64,000 bases of DNA from an uncultured bacterium (GCA_963726455.1 CAVSCK010000003.1:160001-224000), one strand, 5' to 3'. Shown: positions 50,375 through 60,914, numbered from the stretch's first letter. The notes: generated from the sequence alone by a model not told the origin. Numbers and translations are program-made.

Positions 50375-50488
50375 CGGTATGCCATTTCTTCCAGGTGTTT
50401 TTGTTGACTTTAGTCGACCGATGGCTTACCTGTATCTTCGTTAAAATCTAGTGATTCAGGCGCAGTCTTTTCGATTGTGGAGGATTCA

Positions 50489-51130
50489 ATGCAAAATCTG
50501 GGGAGATCGTTCAGTTATATGTTCGAGGATCAGGAGTGGGTGCAGAAGATGCTCATCGGGGCGCTCTTCCTGCTCCTCTGTCTTGTCCTGATCGGGATTC
50601 CATTCGTCATCGGCTATTTCCTTCTGGTAGCCAAGCAGAGTTCCGAAGGCAAGGAATTACCGCTGCCTTCATGGGACGCCCTGGGAGACAAATTCGTCGC
50701 GGGACTGATATTCATTGCGGTCATGATTCTCTATGCCATACCGCTCGCCATACTTTATTTCATTCTGATATTCATACCGTGCATCGGTTGGCTGGCCATC
50801 TTCGTGATTGGCTTCTCGTACTCACTGATCTTTCCTTACATCTTCGTTCGCTTTGCTCGAACCAACCAGATCGGAGATGCTTTCGATTTGAGTGGCATGT
50901 GGAACTTCCTCAAAGCGAACCTTGGCAACCTGCTGATCGTTTGGCTGATGTCCATTGTTTTCGGCATCCTGGGCTATTTCGGTATTATCGCGCTGGTCAT
51001 CGGTATACTCTTCACGTTCTTCTGGGCGTGTCTTGGAAGATTCTACTTGTATGGTCAAGTAGTTTATGAAGCCGAGCGAAACCGGCCGGTTGTTGCTTCC
51101 GGTCCTACGGGAGGCGCGAGCGGCGTCTAG
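50489..51130 (+). CDS. DUF4013 membrane protein
   Basis: GGAGG RBS; FSYMFEDQEWVQKMLIG, IGY, LPSW; four TM helices. Confidence 0.85.
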   Translation: MQNLGRSFSYMFEDQEWVQKMLIGALFLLLCLVLIGIPFVIGYFLLVAKQSSEGKELPLPSWDALGDKFVAGLIFIAVMILYAIPLAILYFILIFIPCIGWLAIFVIGFSYSLIFPYIFVRFARTNQIGDAFDLSGMWNFLKANLGNLLIVWLMSIVFGILGYFGIIALVIGILFTFFWACLGRFYLYGQVVYEAERNRPVVASGPTGGASGV

Positions 51131-51575
51131 GACTTCATACCTGATTATTGTTTGGGGGTGGGTAAGTCTGGCTGGACTCTATTTTGCGGTCGGCATTTCC
51201 CCACCCCTTCTTACTGGTCTCGGTCTGACACATCTATCCAACAGCGTAGCCACCCTGTACAGCCATACTTGTCATCAGTTGCCTGACCGGTCTTTCGCAG
51301 TTAACAGCATCCAGATGGCTTTCTGCAGCCGTTGCACCGGATTCTACGGTGCGCTGTTTCTGGCGGCAATTTCCGCGGCCATCTTCAAGAAGATTCGCCC
51401 TGTCAGTCTGAAACTTGCTCTTATGCTGATCTTGCCGGCAGTTGCTGATTTCCTCTTCGATATAGCACCTCTCACCGGCAATGCGAACCCGCTACGGCTG
51501 CTATCTGGCATCCTGGCCGGCACAGGCATCACTCTCTACATTTTGCCGCGACTCTTGCTGGCGGTTCGCCGATAA
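51066..51575 (+). CDS. DUF2085 membrane protein
   Basis: CHQLPDRSF and FCSRCTGFY motifs; NPLRLLSG. Confidence 0.88.
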   Translation: MKPSETGRLLLPVLREARAASRTSYLIIVWGWVSLAGLYFAVGISPPLLTGLGLTHLSNSVATLYSHTCHQLPDRSFAVNSIQMAFCSRCTGFYGALFLAAISAAIFKKIRPVSLKLALMLILPAVADFLFDIAPLTGNANPLRLLSGILAGTGITLYILPRLLLAVRR

Positions 51576-51650
51576 GAACTTGCCGACGGCGCCAATTCCC
51601 CATAGATTGCAGTCGAGATACACAGTCTTCCTCGTATTGGGTGGTAGTGA

Positions 51651-53379
51651 ATGCTTACTCTTACTAGACTGACACTGAAAAACTTCGCGGTCGTCTCGGA
51701 GACCGAGATAGAATTTGACCGCGGACTAAGCGTGATCACCGGCGAGACTGGCACCGGCAAGTCGCTCATCGTCGGCGCCATTAGTTTGCTCGTTGGCGAG
51801 CGTGGACGGGCAGAGTATGTTCGTGCCGGAGCCGATCATGCCACAATCGAGGGCGAATTCAAGGGCGACATTACCCTCCTCGGCGAAGCCCTGAAAGAGG
51901 AAGAAATCAGTCTCGACGGAGATCAGGTCGTGCTCACCCGCGAGTTGTATACTGATGGTCGAAATCGTTGTCTTATCAATGACCAGCGCGTCAATCTGTC
52001 GGCGCTCAAAAAGATTGGGGATTTGATTTGCGATCTGCACGGCCAGCACCAGCATCAATGGTTGCTCGATGCCGACCGGCACCTCTGGTTCCTCGACCGC
52101 TTCGGTCAATGCGGCCATGCCCTCGGACTGTACCTGGAATCATTTCGGGAATACAGAAACGTCAAGTCCCGAATAGCGGCGCTCGAAAAGCAGATCAATG
52201 AAGCCCGCGAGAAGCAGGAACTTCATCAATTCCAGATCAACGAAATCAACTCGATCGCCCCCGTTATCAGCGAGGAGGAGACTCTCGAGACAGAGCGACG
52301 CCAACTCGAAAACATCTCACGCATCAGAGACGGACTGCAAAACGCCCTTTCGTGCCTTGAAGATGACGGCGCTGCGGTCTCGCTGACATCCGATGCTCTC
52401 AAACAATTGCACACCATCGCGGCCAACTTCCCTCCTGCCGGGGATGCCGTTACCGAACTCGAATCGGCACGCATCAGTTTGTCCGAGACTGCGCGAACCC
52501 TGGAAGTGCATCTCAACCATCTGGCAGAGAATCCTGCCCGATTAGAGGAAATCGGTGAGCGGCTGGCTCAAATTTACCAACTCAAACGCAAGTATGGCGG
52601 CTCTATCGAAGCCGTTCTGATGTACCGCGATTCGCTTTCTGCTGATGTCAAGAATATCGATACCGCGGCTCTCGACTTGCGTGACCTCAACAAAAGAATT
52701 GACGAACTCCGCGTCGAGTTGATCGGCAGGGCGCTCAATCTGCAAAATGAACGTGAATCCGCCGCCAGGAAACTCTCCGCCGCCATGCGCAAGGAATTGG
52801 TCAAACTCGGTCTGCCAAGGCGCAATTCGAGGTGTTATTCTCTGACAACCAGTCCGGAGAGACCGTCCAGCACGACGAACGCGAGTATCAATTGACGGAC
52901 AACGGCGCGCAAGACCGGCCAATTTCTTTTCAATGCCAATGTCGGCGAAGAACTCAAACCACTCGACAAAGTCGCCTCCGGAGGCGAAATCAGCCGCGTC
53001 ATGCTGGCTCTCAAATCATTGATTGCCGGTAACGACCGCGTCGATCTTACTGGTCTTCGACGAAATCGACTCCGGCATCGGCGGCGAAACGGCATTGCTG
53101 GTCGGGCGGAAACTGAAAGAGCTATCGGCCAAACAGCAGTTGATCGTAATTACCCATCTTGCAGCAGATCGCTTCATTTGCTGATCATCACTACAAAGCC
53201 GTCAAGAAAGAAAAGTGCCAAGCGCACTGAGTCAGAAATCATGCCGCTTGACTCACGATGAACGAATTGTCGAACTGGGCCGGATGATTTCCGGCGGCGC
53301 ATTCGGCGAGGAAGAGCGACGCCAGGTCGAGAAACTTCTGCGGGACGCCGGCCAAAAAGTTTCAGTTGACAAATCCTGA
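51651..53379 (+). CDS. recN: DNA repair protein RecN, about six frameshifts in the 3' end
   Basis: [16 protein letters not shown]; downstream frames give [41 protein letters not shown]; stop at 53379. Confidence 0.93.
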
Positions 53380-53394
53380 CACCCGCGATATATT
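53366..53394 (+). promoter_or_regulatory. Sigma70 promoter of tRNA-Ala
   Basis: TTGACA-17 nt-TATATT. Confidence 0.7.
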
Positions 53395-53406
53395 GGCGAC
53401 ACCTCT

Positions 53407-53482
53407 GGGGCCGTAGTTCAGTTGGGAGAACGCTTGACTGGCAGTCAAGAGGTCAGGGGTTCAACTCCCCTCGGCTCCACCA
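53407..53482 (+). tRNA. tRNA-Ala(GGC)
   Basis: 76 nt cloverleaf; anticodon arm CTTGA-CTGGCAG-TCAAG; G3-U70 pair; encoded CCA. Confidence 0.97.
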
Positions 53483-53584
53483 AATTCCCGAAAATATCCC
53501 GGAACCTGTCTGCGTAAGTGATTAATGGCATTGGGATTACGGAGCGAGAAAAAATCTCTTGTATCGCCCAACTTCCCTGACATA

Positions 53585-53613
53585 TTTTGCGTACCAAACT
53601 TTTGTATACAAAA
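53585..53613. promoter_or_regulatory. Tandem palindromic operator, probably bound by MarR
   Basis: Perfect TTTTGTATACAAAA (53600-53613) preceded by the imperfect copy TTTTGCGTACCAAA, just upstream of marR. Confidence 0.6.
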
Positions 53614-53631
53614 TAATCAGGTTCGAGGAAG

Positions 53632-54124
53632 ATGAGTAGCAAAGTACAACGAAAAGAAGAAATCAGTCGCATCGTTAATTCGGTTCGGCTCATTCGCAAT
53701 GCGCTCAATTGCTACTCCAAAGAACTCATGCGGACTGTTGGCCTGAGCGGCCCTCAGTTGGGTGTCTTGATCCCTGGTCGAGCGCTACCCTCATGCTTCG
53801 CTCGGAGAGATCAGTGAAAGAATGTACCTCCACACCAGCACGATCTCTGGAATCGTAGATCGACTGGAGTCTGCCGGATATCTCGTGCGGCATCGCAGCG
53901 ACGAAGACCGGCGGGTGGTGCGGCTGCAGTTGACGGACAAGGGCAAGAAGACGATTTCGCAGGCGCCCAAATCGGGATTCGGCACGATGGTTCAAGAACT
54001 CGAAAAACTGCCCGATCAGGAGCTACAAAGTATTAGAACGTCGCTGCAGACACTGTCGCGCATGATGCGGATTGAGGACAGTGTATACGCAGTCGCTGAC
54101 AACGACGTCGAAGCCGGCGACTAG
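53632..54124 (+). CDS. MarR family regulator, one frameshift near 53770
   Basis: GLSGPQLGVL joins LVERYPHASLGEISERMYLHTSTISGIVDRLE...DEDRR...LTDKG. Confidence 0.9.
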
Positions 54125-54181
54125 CAATGAATCGAAGACATCGCCTGTCATACCACGACAGAATCTGAATAAGGAAGGACA

Positions 54182-55105
54182 ATGGCCGGTCAATTAATTC
54201 GTAAGAAACGTTTCTTGATCCCCGTGGCTTTGGTGTTGCTTGCCGCGGCGCTCACTGTTGGATACTGGTTCTATTTCCTGCGTGGTTACATCGCCACTGA
54301 TGACGCTTTCGTCGACAGCGATCCCGCATCCATCAGTTCCAAAGTTTCTGGAAGAATAACCCAACTCACCGTGGATGAAGGCGACACCGTCTCACAGGGT
54401 GACACGCTGGTACAGATGGATGACAGCGATTTGCGGTCGCAGGAAGCTCAGGCACAGGCGGGACTTGAGTACGCCCATCAATCGGTGGCGCTGGCTGAAG
54501 TAAACATCCAGAAAGCGCAGGAGGATTTCGACCGCGCATCGACGCAATTCAAACAAAGCATAATTCCACAGGAACAATACGACCACGCCAAGCGCGCGCT
54601 CGATCTGGCGCGCGCCCAGAAGAACGTCGCACTGGCGCAGGTCAATAACTCCGAGGCACAGCTTAACGTCATTCTCACTCAACTACAGAACACGAAGGTT
54701 CTCTCACCCATGTCGGGAGTGATTGCGCGCAAATGGGTCATGCCCGGCGAAATCGTACAACCCGGGCAGCCGATCTTCACGGTCTACGACTTGCAAAATC
54801 TCTGGGTGACGGCCTATTTCGAGGAGACTAAACTGAGTGCCATCCGTCTGAATGACCGCACCGAAGTCTCTGTCGACGCATTTCCCGGACAAACATTCTC
54901 CGGCAAGGTCGTACTTATCGGCGCCGCAGCGGCCTCGCAATTCTCTCTGATTCCACCCAACAATGCCTCCGGCAATTTCACGAAGGTCACTCAACGCGTC
55001 CCGGTCCGGATCTCGATCACCGATCCGCCTTCATCGGGCGGACAGCCGGTCTATCGGCTGCTGCCGGGAATGTCCGTGGAAGTTAAGATCGCGGTTAAGT
55101 CGTAG
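54182..55105 (+). CDS. emrA: EmrA/HlyD membrane fusion protein
   Basis: TDDAFV, ISSKVSG, FSLIPPNNASGNFTKVTQRVPVRI, PGMSV. Confidence 0.92.
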   Translation: MAGQLIRKKRFLIPVALVLLAAALTVGYWFYFLRGYIATDDAFVDSDPASISSKVSGRITQLTVDEGDTVSQGDTLVQMDDSDLRSQEAQAQAGLEYAHQSVALAEVNIQKAQEDFDRASTQFKQSIIPQEQYDHAKRALDLARAQKNVALAQVNNSEAQLNVILTQLQNTKVLSPMSGVIARKWVMPGEIVQPGQPIFTVYDLQNLWVTAYFEETKLSAIRLNDRTEVSVDAFPGQTFSGKVVLIGAAAASQFSLIPPNNASGNFTKVTQRVPVRISITDPPSSGGQPVYRLLPGMSVEVKIAVKS

Positions 55106-55114
55106 GAGCTGTCG

Positions 55115-56752
55115 GTGCGAGCAAGTTTTGCCAAATTCCGCCAGGAACTCGTTGACCAATATGATGCGCTGAACCCGGAACATCCGACCTATCGGTGGCT
55201 GGTACTTGCGAGCGTCATGATCGCCACCTTTATGGCGGTGCTGGACGCCACTATTATCAACGTCGCCCTGCCAAAGCTAATGGCCTCTTTTGGAGTGTCT
55301 GTCGATCAGGGCGAATGGGTATTGACCGCGTACTTGCTCGTGTTCGCTGTGGTGTTGCCGTCCTCCGGCTGGTTTGCCGATCATCTCGGCTACAAACGGA
55401 TGTTTCTGGCAGGGCTGTTGCTCTTCATCGTGGGATCTTTTCTGTGCAGCATCTCGTGGAGTCTTGATATACTGATCCTGTTCCGGGTCGTGCAGGGCGT
55501 CGGCGCCGGATTTCTGATGCCCATCGGCATGGCGATTATCACGCGCGAGTTCCCTCCCGAAAAACGAGGTATCGCTCTCGGTTTCTGGACGATGTCCGCG
55601 TCCGCCTCAGTCTCGCTCGGCCCGTCGATCGGTGGCTATCTGGTCGACAACTATTCCTGGCACACGATCTTTGATGTCAACATACCGATCGGTATTGTCG
55701 GATTGCTGGTTCTCTTGATAGTTCTGCGCGAGTACAAGTCCGAAAAGATTCGCTCGTTCGATCTTATCGGTTTCCTGTCACTGGCCGTCGGCTTGACCTC
55801 ACTGCTTCTGGCGCTCGCCAACGGCAACAGTGCCTGGAACACCGGTGGCTGGACTTCCTCCTACATTCTCAGTTGCTTCGGAATCGCCGCTATCGGACTA
55901 ACTGTGTTCCTGATTGCAGAACTTACGGTCGAGCATCCGCTGATCGAATTGGTATTGCTCAAGAACTTCAACTTTGCCGTCAGCAATCTGGTGTCATTCC
56001 TGTTTGGCCTCGGTATGTTCGGCAGCACATTCTTGCTGCCTATTTACCTTCAGGATGTTCTCGGATATACCCCCCTGCAGTCAGGTTTGGTGTTCCTGCC
56101 TGTCGGTATACTGCAGGGAATCTCGGCCCCATTTGCGGGCATCTATGCCGACCGGCGTAACGCGAAAGTGCCGGTAATTCTCGGCCTGCTACTCATGGCA
56201 GCTTCTTTCTACCAGTACGGATTTCTGTCTCTTTACACGGAGAAATCGGCGATCATGCTTCCGCTGTATTTGCGCGGCATCGCCATGGGTGTTCTGTTCG
56301 CGCCGCTAACGGCCATCGCAATCTCGGCAATTCCAAACACCAAGATGGCGCAGGCATCCGGCCTTCTTAACGTCATCCGCCAAATCGGCGGCAGTGTCGG
56401 AGTTGCGCTGCTGGGCTCAGTCATGGTTCGGCGAACCATCTTTCACAGCGCCAATTACGGCCAGCAGTTGAATGCACAGTCTGACACTTACCGGGAGACA
56501 ATGTACCGGCTCCAGCATTTCGCAATGCATTCTACCGGCGGCAGCACCGCTGATGCGACAGCCAAAGCTCACTCGCTCCTGGGCGTCTGGGTACACAACC
56601 AGGCATTTGTTCAAGCCATTGACGATGTCTTCCTGTTGGTGGGCACAATTATTCTTGTAAGTGTATTTCCCGTGCTGTTCCTGCGGGTTAAGAATAAGAA
56701 GAAAAATCGCGAACCCGTCCAACCCAAGGGGACTCCCGTGGAGATCGGATAA
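55115..56752 (+). CDS. emrB: EmrB/QacA DHA2 MFS efflux permease
   Basis: LDATIINVALP, WVLTAYL, GPSIGG, INVP-like VNIPIG, RQIGGSVG. Confidence 0.92.
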   Translation: MRASFAKFRQELVDQYDALNPEHPTYRWLVLASVMIATFMAVLDATIINVALPKLMASFGVSVDQGEWVLTAYLLVFAVVLPSSGWFADHLGYKRMFLAGLLLFIVGSFLCSISWSLDILILFRVVQGVGAGFLMPIGMAIITREFPPEKRGIALGFWTMSASASVSLGPSIGGYLVDNYSWHTIFDVNIPIGIVGLLVLLIVLREYKSEKIRSFDLIGFLSLAVGLTSLLLALANGNSAWNTGGWTSSYILSCFGIAAIGLTVFLIAELTVEHPLIELVLLKNFNFAVSNLVSFLFGLGMFGSTFLLPIYLQDVLGYTPLQSGLVFLPVGILQGISAPFAGIYADRRNAKVPVILGLLLMAASFYQYGFLSLYTEKSAIMLPLYLRGIAMGVLFAPLTAIAISAIPNTKMAQASGLLNVIRQIGGSVGVALLGSVMVRRTIFHSANYGQQLNAQSDTYRETMYRLQHFAMHSTGGSTADATAKAHSLLGVWVHNQAFVQAIDDVFLLVGTIILVSVFPVLFLRVKNKKKNREPVQPKGTPVEIG

Positions 56753-56758
56753 CTCACT

Positions 56759-58075
56759 ATGACTAATTTAATGCGCGCTACAATTGTACTCCTGCTCGGA
56801 TTGCTCGCTAGTTCCACAGTCCTGGCCCAGCCGCCGACAAACGACACACTTAATCTGGAGCAGGCAATTCAACTTGCCGTCAGCAACCATCCATTGGTGG
56901 AACGCGCCCGCCAAAACATCAAAGTCTCCCAGGCGCAGGTCGGGCTGGCCAACAGCAATTACTATCCCGATATTTCCGGTGACGCCAACTACACGCGCAT
57001 TGGCCCGGTCTCGAAGATCACTATACCTGAGCTCGGCAACTTCGAATTGTTTCCGGCGAACAACTGGGATATCCATGTCGGAATCAATCAGACTCTTTAC
57101 GACTTTGGTCGCCGGTCAACCGGCGTCGATTTTGCAGAAGCGAATCTCAAAACCACAACCGACAGTCTTGACTTCGTGAAATGGAATCTCGCTTACCAGA
57201 CTGCCTCGACATTCTATTTGATTCTGATCCTGCATCAAAATATCGCAGTGCTGGATGAGCAGATCGCGGCGCTTAATGAGCATCTGGATATCAGCCAGAA
57301 ACGATTCCAGACCGGCAGCGCCACCAAGCTTGACATTCTCACCACGGAGGTGCGGGTCGCGTCAGCCAACAGCAACCGCATCGACGCCGTCAATGCGCTG
57401 AAGACGCAGGAAATCAACCTTCGGCAACTTATCGGCTACCCGCCCGATAAGCCGATTGATCTCCTGGGTGATTTCGTCATCACGCCCGTCACATTGAAAT
57501 CCGACTCGCTTCTGGCGGCTGCCATGTCACAGCGAATGGAAATCAGGACGTTCGAGGACGCCGAGAAGAGCGCCTCACTCCAGGTGAAATTGGCAGGGCT
57601 CTCCGACAAACCAACTCTGTCCGTTGGCTTGATATCCGGCCTGAAAAACGGCTATATCCCCAATCTCAACCAACTTAAGGCCAATTATGTCGCCACAGTT
57701 AACCTGCAAATGTCTCTTTTCGATGGTTTCCGCACACGCCACAACAAAGAAATGGCTGATGCACGCCTGCTGGGGGCGGAGGCGCGCACCGGAGATGCCA
57801 AACGGCGCATTACGGCCGAGGTCGAGCAGGCCATCTCAGGAACTCAGGCCAGTCTTAACAAGATCAATAATGCCGAGGTACAGGTTAAGCGCGCCGAGGA
57901 AGCGCTCGCCATGGCCCAGGCGCAATACAACGCCGGCGTCGTGACCAATCTCGACCTGCTCGATGCCCAGACCTCGCTTTCCGAAGCCCGCCTGGTCTAC
58001 CTGCGCGCCAAGTACGACTACGTCAACAATCTCAACACGCTTGACCGCGCCACGGGAAGGAAAATCTGGGAGTGA
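56759..58075 (+). CDS. TolC family outer-membrane efflux protein
   Basis: Signal peptide, LEQAIQLA..NHP, YYPDIS, RFQTG/QYNAG duplicated repeats. Confidence 0.92.
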   Translation: MTNLMRATIVLLLGLLASSTVLAQPPTNDTLNLEQAIQLAVSNHPLVERARQNIKVSQAQVGLANSNYYPDISGDANYTRIGPVSKITIPELGNFELFPANNWDIHVGINQTLYDFGRRSTGVDFAEANLKTTTDSLDFVKWNLAYQTASTFYLILILHQNIAVLDEQIAALNEHLDISQKRFQTGSATKLDILTTEVRVASANSNRIDAVNALKTQEINLRQLIGYPPDKPIDLLGDFVITPVTLKSDSLLAAAMSQRMEIRTFEDAEKSASLQVKLAGLSDKPTLSVGLISGLKNGYIPNLNQLKANYVATVNLQMSLFDGFRTRHNKEMADARLLGAEARTGDAKRRITAEVEQAISGTQASLNKINNAEVQVKRAEEALAMAQAQYNAGVVTNLDLLDAQTSLSEARLVYLRAKYDYVNNLNTLDRATGRKIWE

Positions 58076-58129
58076 TGGACCGTAAGCTCCAATCTCAAAC
58101 AACGTCAATTACATTTCGTTCAATCTAAC

Positions 58130-58801
58130 ATGTGCGGCAGATACACTCAATCGACCGAGCTTGAGCAACTCAAACTGCGGTTCGAAGTCGACGACATCGA
58201 GGCGCCGGTCCATCCCCGATTCAACATCGCCCCGACACAGGAGGCGGCCGTCATCGTCTGGGAAAATGGCCGTGTGCTCAAGCTCATGCGCTGGGGTTTG
58301 ATTCCGCGCTGGGCCAAAGATGAAAAGATCGGCGACAAGATGATTAACGCCCGCGCCGAGACAATCGCCGAGAAACGCAGCTTCAAGAACTTGCTGGCAA
58401 CGAGGCGCTGCCTCGTGGTCGCTGACGGTTTTTTCGAGTGGCGTGCCTCGGACACCGGCAAAAGCAAGACTCCGATTCGCATCGTGATGAAGAACCGCCA
58501 GCCGTTCGCGTTCGCAGGTCTGTGGGACAAATGGAAGCGCCCCGATGGCAAGGATATTCTGACCTTCACGATTATCACAACCGAGTCCAACGACATGATC
58601 AGGGAATTCCATCGACGCATGCCGGTAATACTTTCGCGCGACGACGAAGATGTCTGGCTGCAGAATCCGGGCGACGATCCGGAGGCGCTGCTGGCCCTGC
58701 TAAAACCCTATCCTGCCGGACAAATGGAACTGTACGAGGTCCCCAAGACCGTCAATTCCCCCCGCAACGACACGCCGGAATGCATCAAACCGATGCGCTA
58801 A
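58130..58801 (+). CDS. SRAP/HMCES (YedK-like) abasic-site processing protein
   Basis: N-terminal MCGRY, RFNIAPTQ, INARAET, DGFFEW, HRRMPVIL. Confidence 0.96.
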   Translation: MCGRYTQSTELEQLKLRFEVDDIEAPVHPRFNIAPTQEAAVIVWENGRVLKLMRWGLIPRWAKDEKIGDKMINARAETIAEKRSFKNLLATRRCLVVADGFFEWRASDTGKSKTPIRIVMKNRQPFAFAGLWDKWKRPDGKDILTFTIITTESNDMIREFHRRMPVILSRDDEDVWLQNPGDDPEALLALLKPYPAGQMELYEVPKTVNSPRNDTPECIKPMR

Positions 58802-58874
58802 ATGGACTTTCGCTGCGTCAACTCTTGCCGGCACGCGCAGGGGCATGGTCTCCATGCCAATGCAACGTGGGACG

Positions 58875-58895
58875 CCACGGCTTGCTGTGGTTTTT
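58875..58895 (+). terminator. Probable terminator after SRAP
   Basis: CCACGG-CTTG-CTGTGG followed by TTTTT. Confidence 0.55.
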
Positions 58896-58932
58896 CGTTT
58901 CGTCGGCCCTTGCTCAATCTGCCTGTAATTAA

Positions 58933-58943
58933 AATGGCGTCCC
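58933..58943 (+). repeat. att core, left copy
   Basis: AATGGCGTCCC, identical to 63465-63475. Confidence 0.8.
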
Positions 58944-59202
58944 TTGTCACAGAGAATTGGAATCAAGTGGTTGCGGAGATAGTGGCGCTGTCGGACATAA
59001 CAAGAGAGGTTGCATGCTGTTAAGCGTGTTTCCGAATCGCTGTTCTTCCCGGACTTTTCCGAGCTACCAGTCTCTCCTGTCGTCTTTGCAGCCGTTTGTG
59101 CAGCTACGGATTAGCTGGCCAGACTACCTCCCCATTCCTACTGGCACCACTGAGTGTTACCTGGGACAGCAGTTTCGACTAAATGGGTGAAGCAGTTGGC
59201 AA

Positions 59203-59742
59203 ATGAACAGAAAGGCTGGCCGCAGGAATAAGTACGATACTCACGTCCTCCCTCGATTGGATGCCATTGTGCAGTGGCGAGCCAACGGACTCACGGAAGA
59301 GCAAGTCGCTGAGAATTTGGGAATTAGCTATCGGTCTCTCAATACTTACAAGCTTCAATTTCCGCAACTATTGCAAGCCCTAAACAGGGGCAAAGCCGAT
59401 GCAGACGCTCAGGTCGAAAATGCCCTGTTTAAGCGAGCTATCGGCTACGAGTACGAAACAACTGAGGCAAATCTATGCTTGGATCTCAACGGTCAACCTG
59501 AAGGCGGTCTTGTCACCAAGCGCAAAAACAAGCATGTTCCGCCACACGTGGGTGCGATAATATTCTATCTGAAGAACCGCTGCTCTCAGCACTGGTCGGA
59601 TCGTCTTACTCAAGAGTCGGCATCAAGATCGGAGCAGCCAGCCGCTCGGGTAGTTGTATATGTTCCTGCCACTGGGCGGGAAAGTCGCGAGACTGATTGC
59701 GAGGATGTCATAATCCGGCCCTCAGAGCTACACGGGGCTTAG
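59203..59742 (+). CDS. Phage terminase small subunit-like HTH protein
   Basis: GRRNKY, GLTEEQVAENLGIS, VENALFKRAIGYEY, KHVPP..GAIIFYLKNR...W.D. Confidence 0.7.
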   Translation: MNRKAGRRNKYDTHVLPRLDAIVQWRANGLTEEQVAENLGISYRSLNTYKLQFPQLLQALNRGKADADAQVENALFKRAIGYEYETTEANLCLDLNGQPEGGLVTKRKNKHVPPHVGAIIFYLKNRCSQHWSDRLTQESASRSEQPAARVVVYVPATGRESRETDCEDVIIRPSELHGA

Positions 59743-60710
59743 AAATCCCGGCTCCGCTCTTTTGCTCGCGAGGCCAAGTCGGCGTCCCTTTGCTCGGAGA
59801 TTGAATTCGACCACATAAACGCTAACGCGTAATCGCGAATAGAGAGGTATTTCAAGCCTCGGGTTGTGACGTCGCCGAACCAGACGTAGTCGTCGATGTA
59901 TGGATTTGGCTTCGTCGGTTCGCCGTATGCAGCGGTCATAGATGCCAGCATGTTCTTAAACGCTTGGAACGATTTGATCGTGAGAATGACCTGAAAGAGT
60001 TGGTCTTTGTAGAACCCCAGGAGACAGGTATCTATTTTGACGCCGCCTACGCTATCAATTTTCCCGAGATAAGTCAGGCAACCGTTGCCGTCATCCTCGA
60101 CTTTTTGTCCAACGAATGATATCTCGGCGCGAGTGCTACCCCAGGCGAAACCGCGAAAGCCATCCGCGATTTTGGGACCTGGCTGGGCGAACAGCCGCGC
60201 GGCACGCTTCACCGCTGCCGTAAAGTCCAACGAGATTGAGGGTCCAGCAGATACCTTAACATCGCCACTGGATCGATCGTACCACACACTTGAATAGGTG
60301 CTGTCCGCATCGAAGGAATAGATATAGGTTGCAGTCGCCCCAGAACCAATGGTTTTCGCTTCGGCATGGCCAAAGGACTGTCGCAGAGCGGCAAGAACGG
60401 CATCCTTCTGGCCTGGATCAACCAAATGGAATTCGAAGGACCAAAGCCCACCACCTTTGAAACTCAGTCGGCAGTCCCGGATCGCACATCCGGCGTATGT
60501 TCTGAGTGAACAAGGGTAAAACACAACTCCGCCGGGATATTCGGAAGGTTTTTCTCGCTGAGAAAGTTCAATGAATGAAACCGCACGAAAATCGGTCCCC
60601 CATGGGTAGCCAGCAAACCCGTTAATGAAACTGTAGTCGGCCGCGGTCGCTGGCACAAGCATTGACAGAAAAGTTAGAACTACTGCCGCGATTCTTCTTA
60701 TCATGGGCAA
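59739..60710 (-). CDS. Secreted protein with a duplicated domain
   Basis: AGGAGG RBS; signal peptide; NGFAGYPWGT and DGFRGFAWGS start two related halves. Confidence 0.75.
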   Translation of the reverse strand: MPMIRRIAAVVLTFLSMLVPATAADYSFINGFAGYPWGTDFRAVSFIELSQREKPSEYPGGVVFYPCSLRTYAGCAIRDCRLSFKGGGLWSFEFHLVDPGQKDAVLAALRQSFGHAEAKTIGSGATATYIYSFDADSTYSSVWYDRSSGDVKVSAGPSISLDFTAAVKRAARLFAQPGPKIADGFRGFAWGSTRAEISFVGQKVEDDGNGCLTYLGKIDSVGGVKIDTCLLGFYKDQLFQVILTIKSFQAFKNMLASMTAAYGEPTKPNPYIDDYVWFGDVTTRGLKYLSIRDYALAFMWSNSISEQRDADLASRAKERSRDF

Positions 60711-60879
60711 ACTCCCTCCTGTAGTGTCTCTCCACTTCGTTGCTCGACTACCGTGATTACTGAGTTCACAATGATTACTCAGTCTATTCTCGTCAAGTCA
60801 ATTCGGACAGGAAGTGGGGGGACTTATTATCAAGATAGTCCCACTGCACCAAATTGTCCACCGGATTCGAAAAAAAGTG

Positions 60880-60908
60880 TTGACAAATTGAACGTGTGCG
60901 TTCATTTT
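60880..60908 (+). promoter_or_regulatory. Promoter with a palindromic operator in the spacer
   Basis: TTGACA at 60880; TGAACG-TGTG-CGTTCA at 60889-60904; ATG at 60915. Confidence 0.55.
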
Positions 60909-60914
60909 CAACTC

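Noticed and set aside
58802-59190. Independent small genes at 58802-59023 and 58957-59190
   Set aside because: No clear RBS; the first spans the terminator and att site, and only its last 29 codons make sense, as the recombinase tail.
60889-60904. LexA (Cheo) box
   Set aside because: GAAC and GTTC are 6 nt apart rather than 4; kept only as a generic operator.
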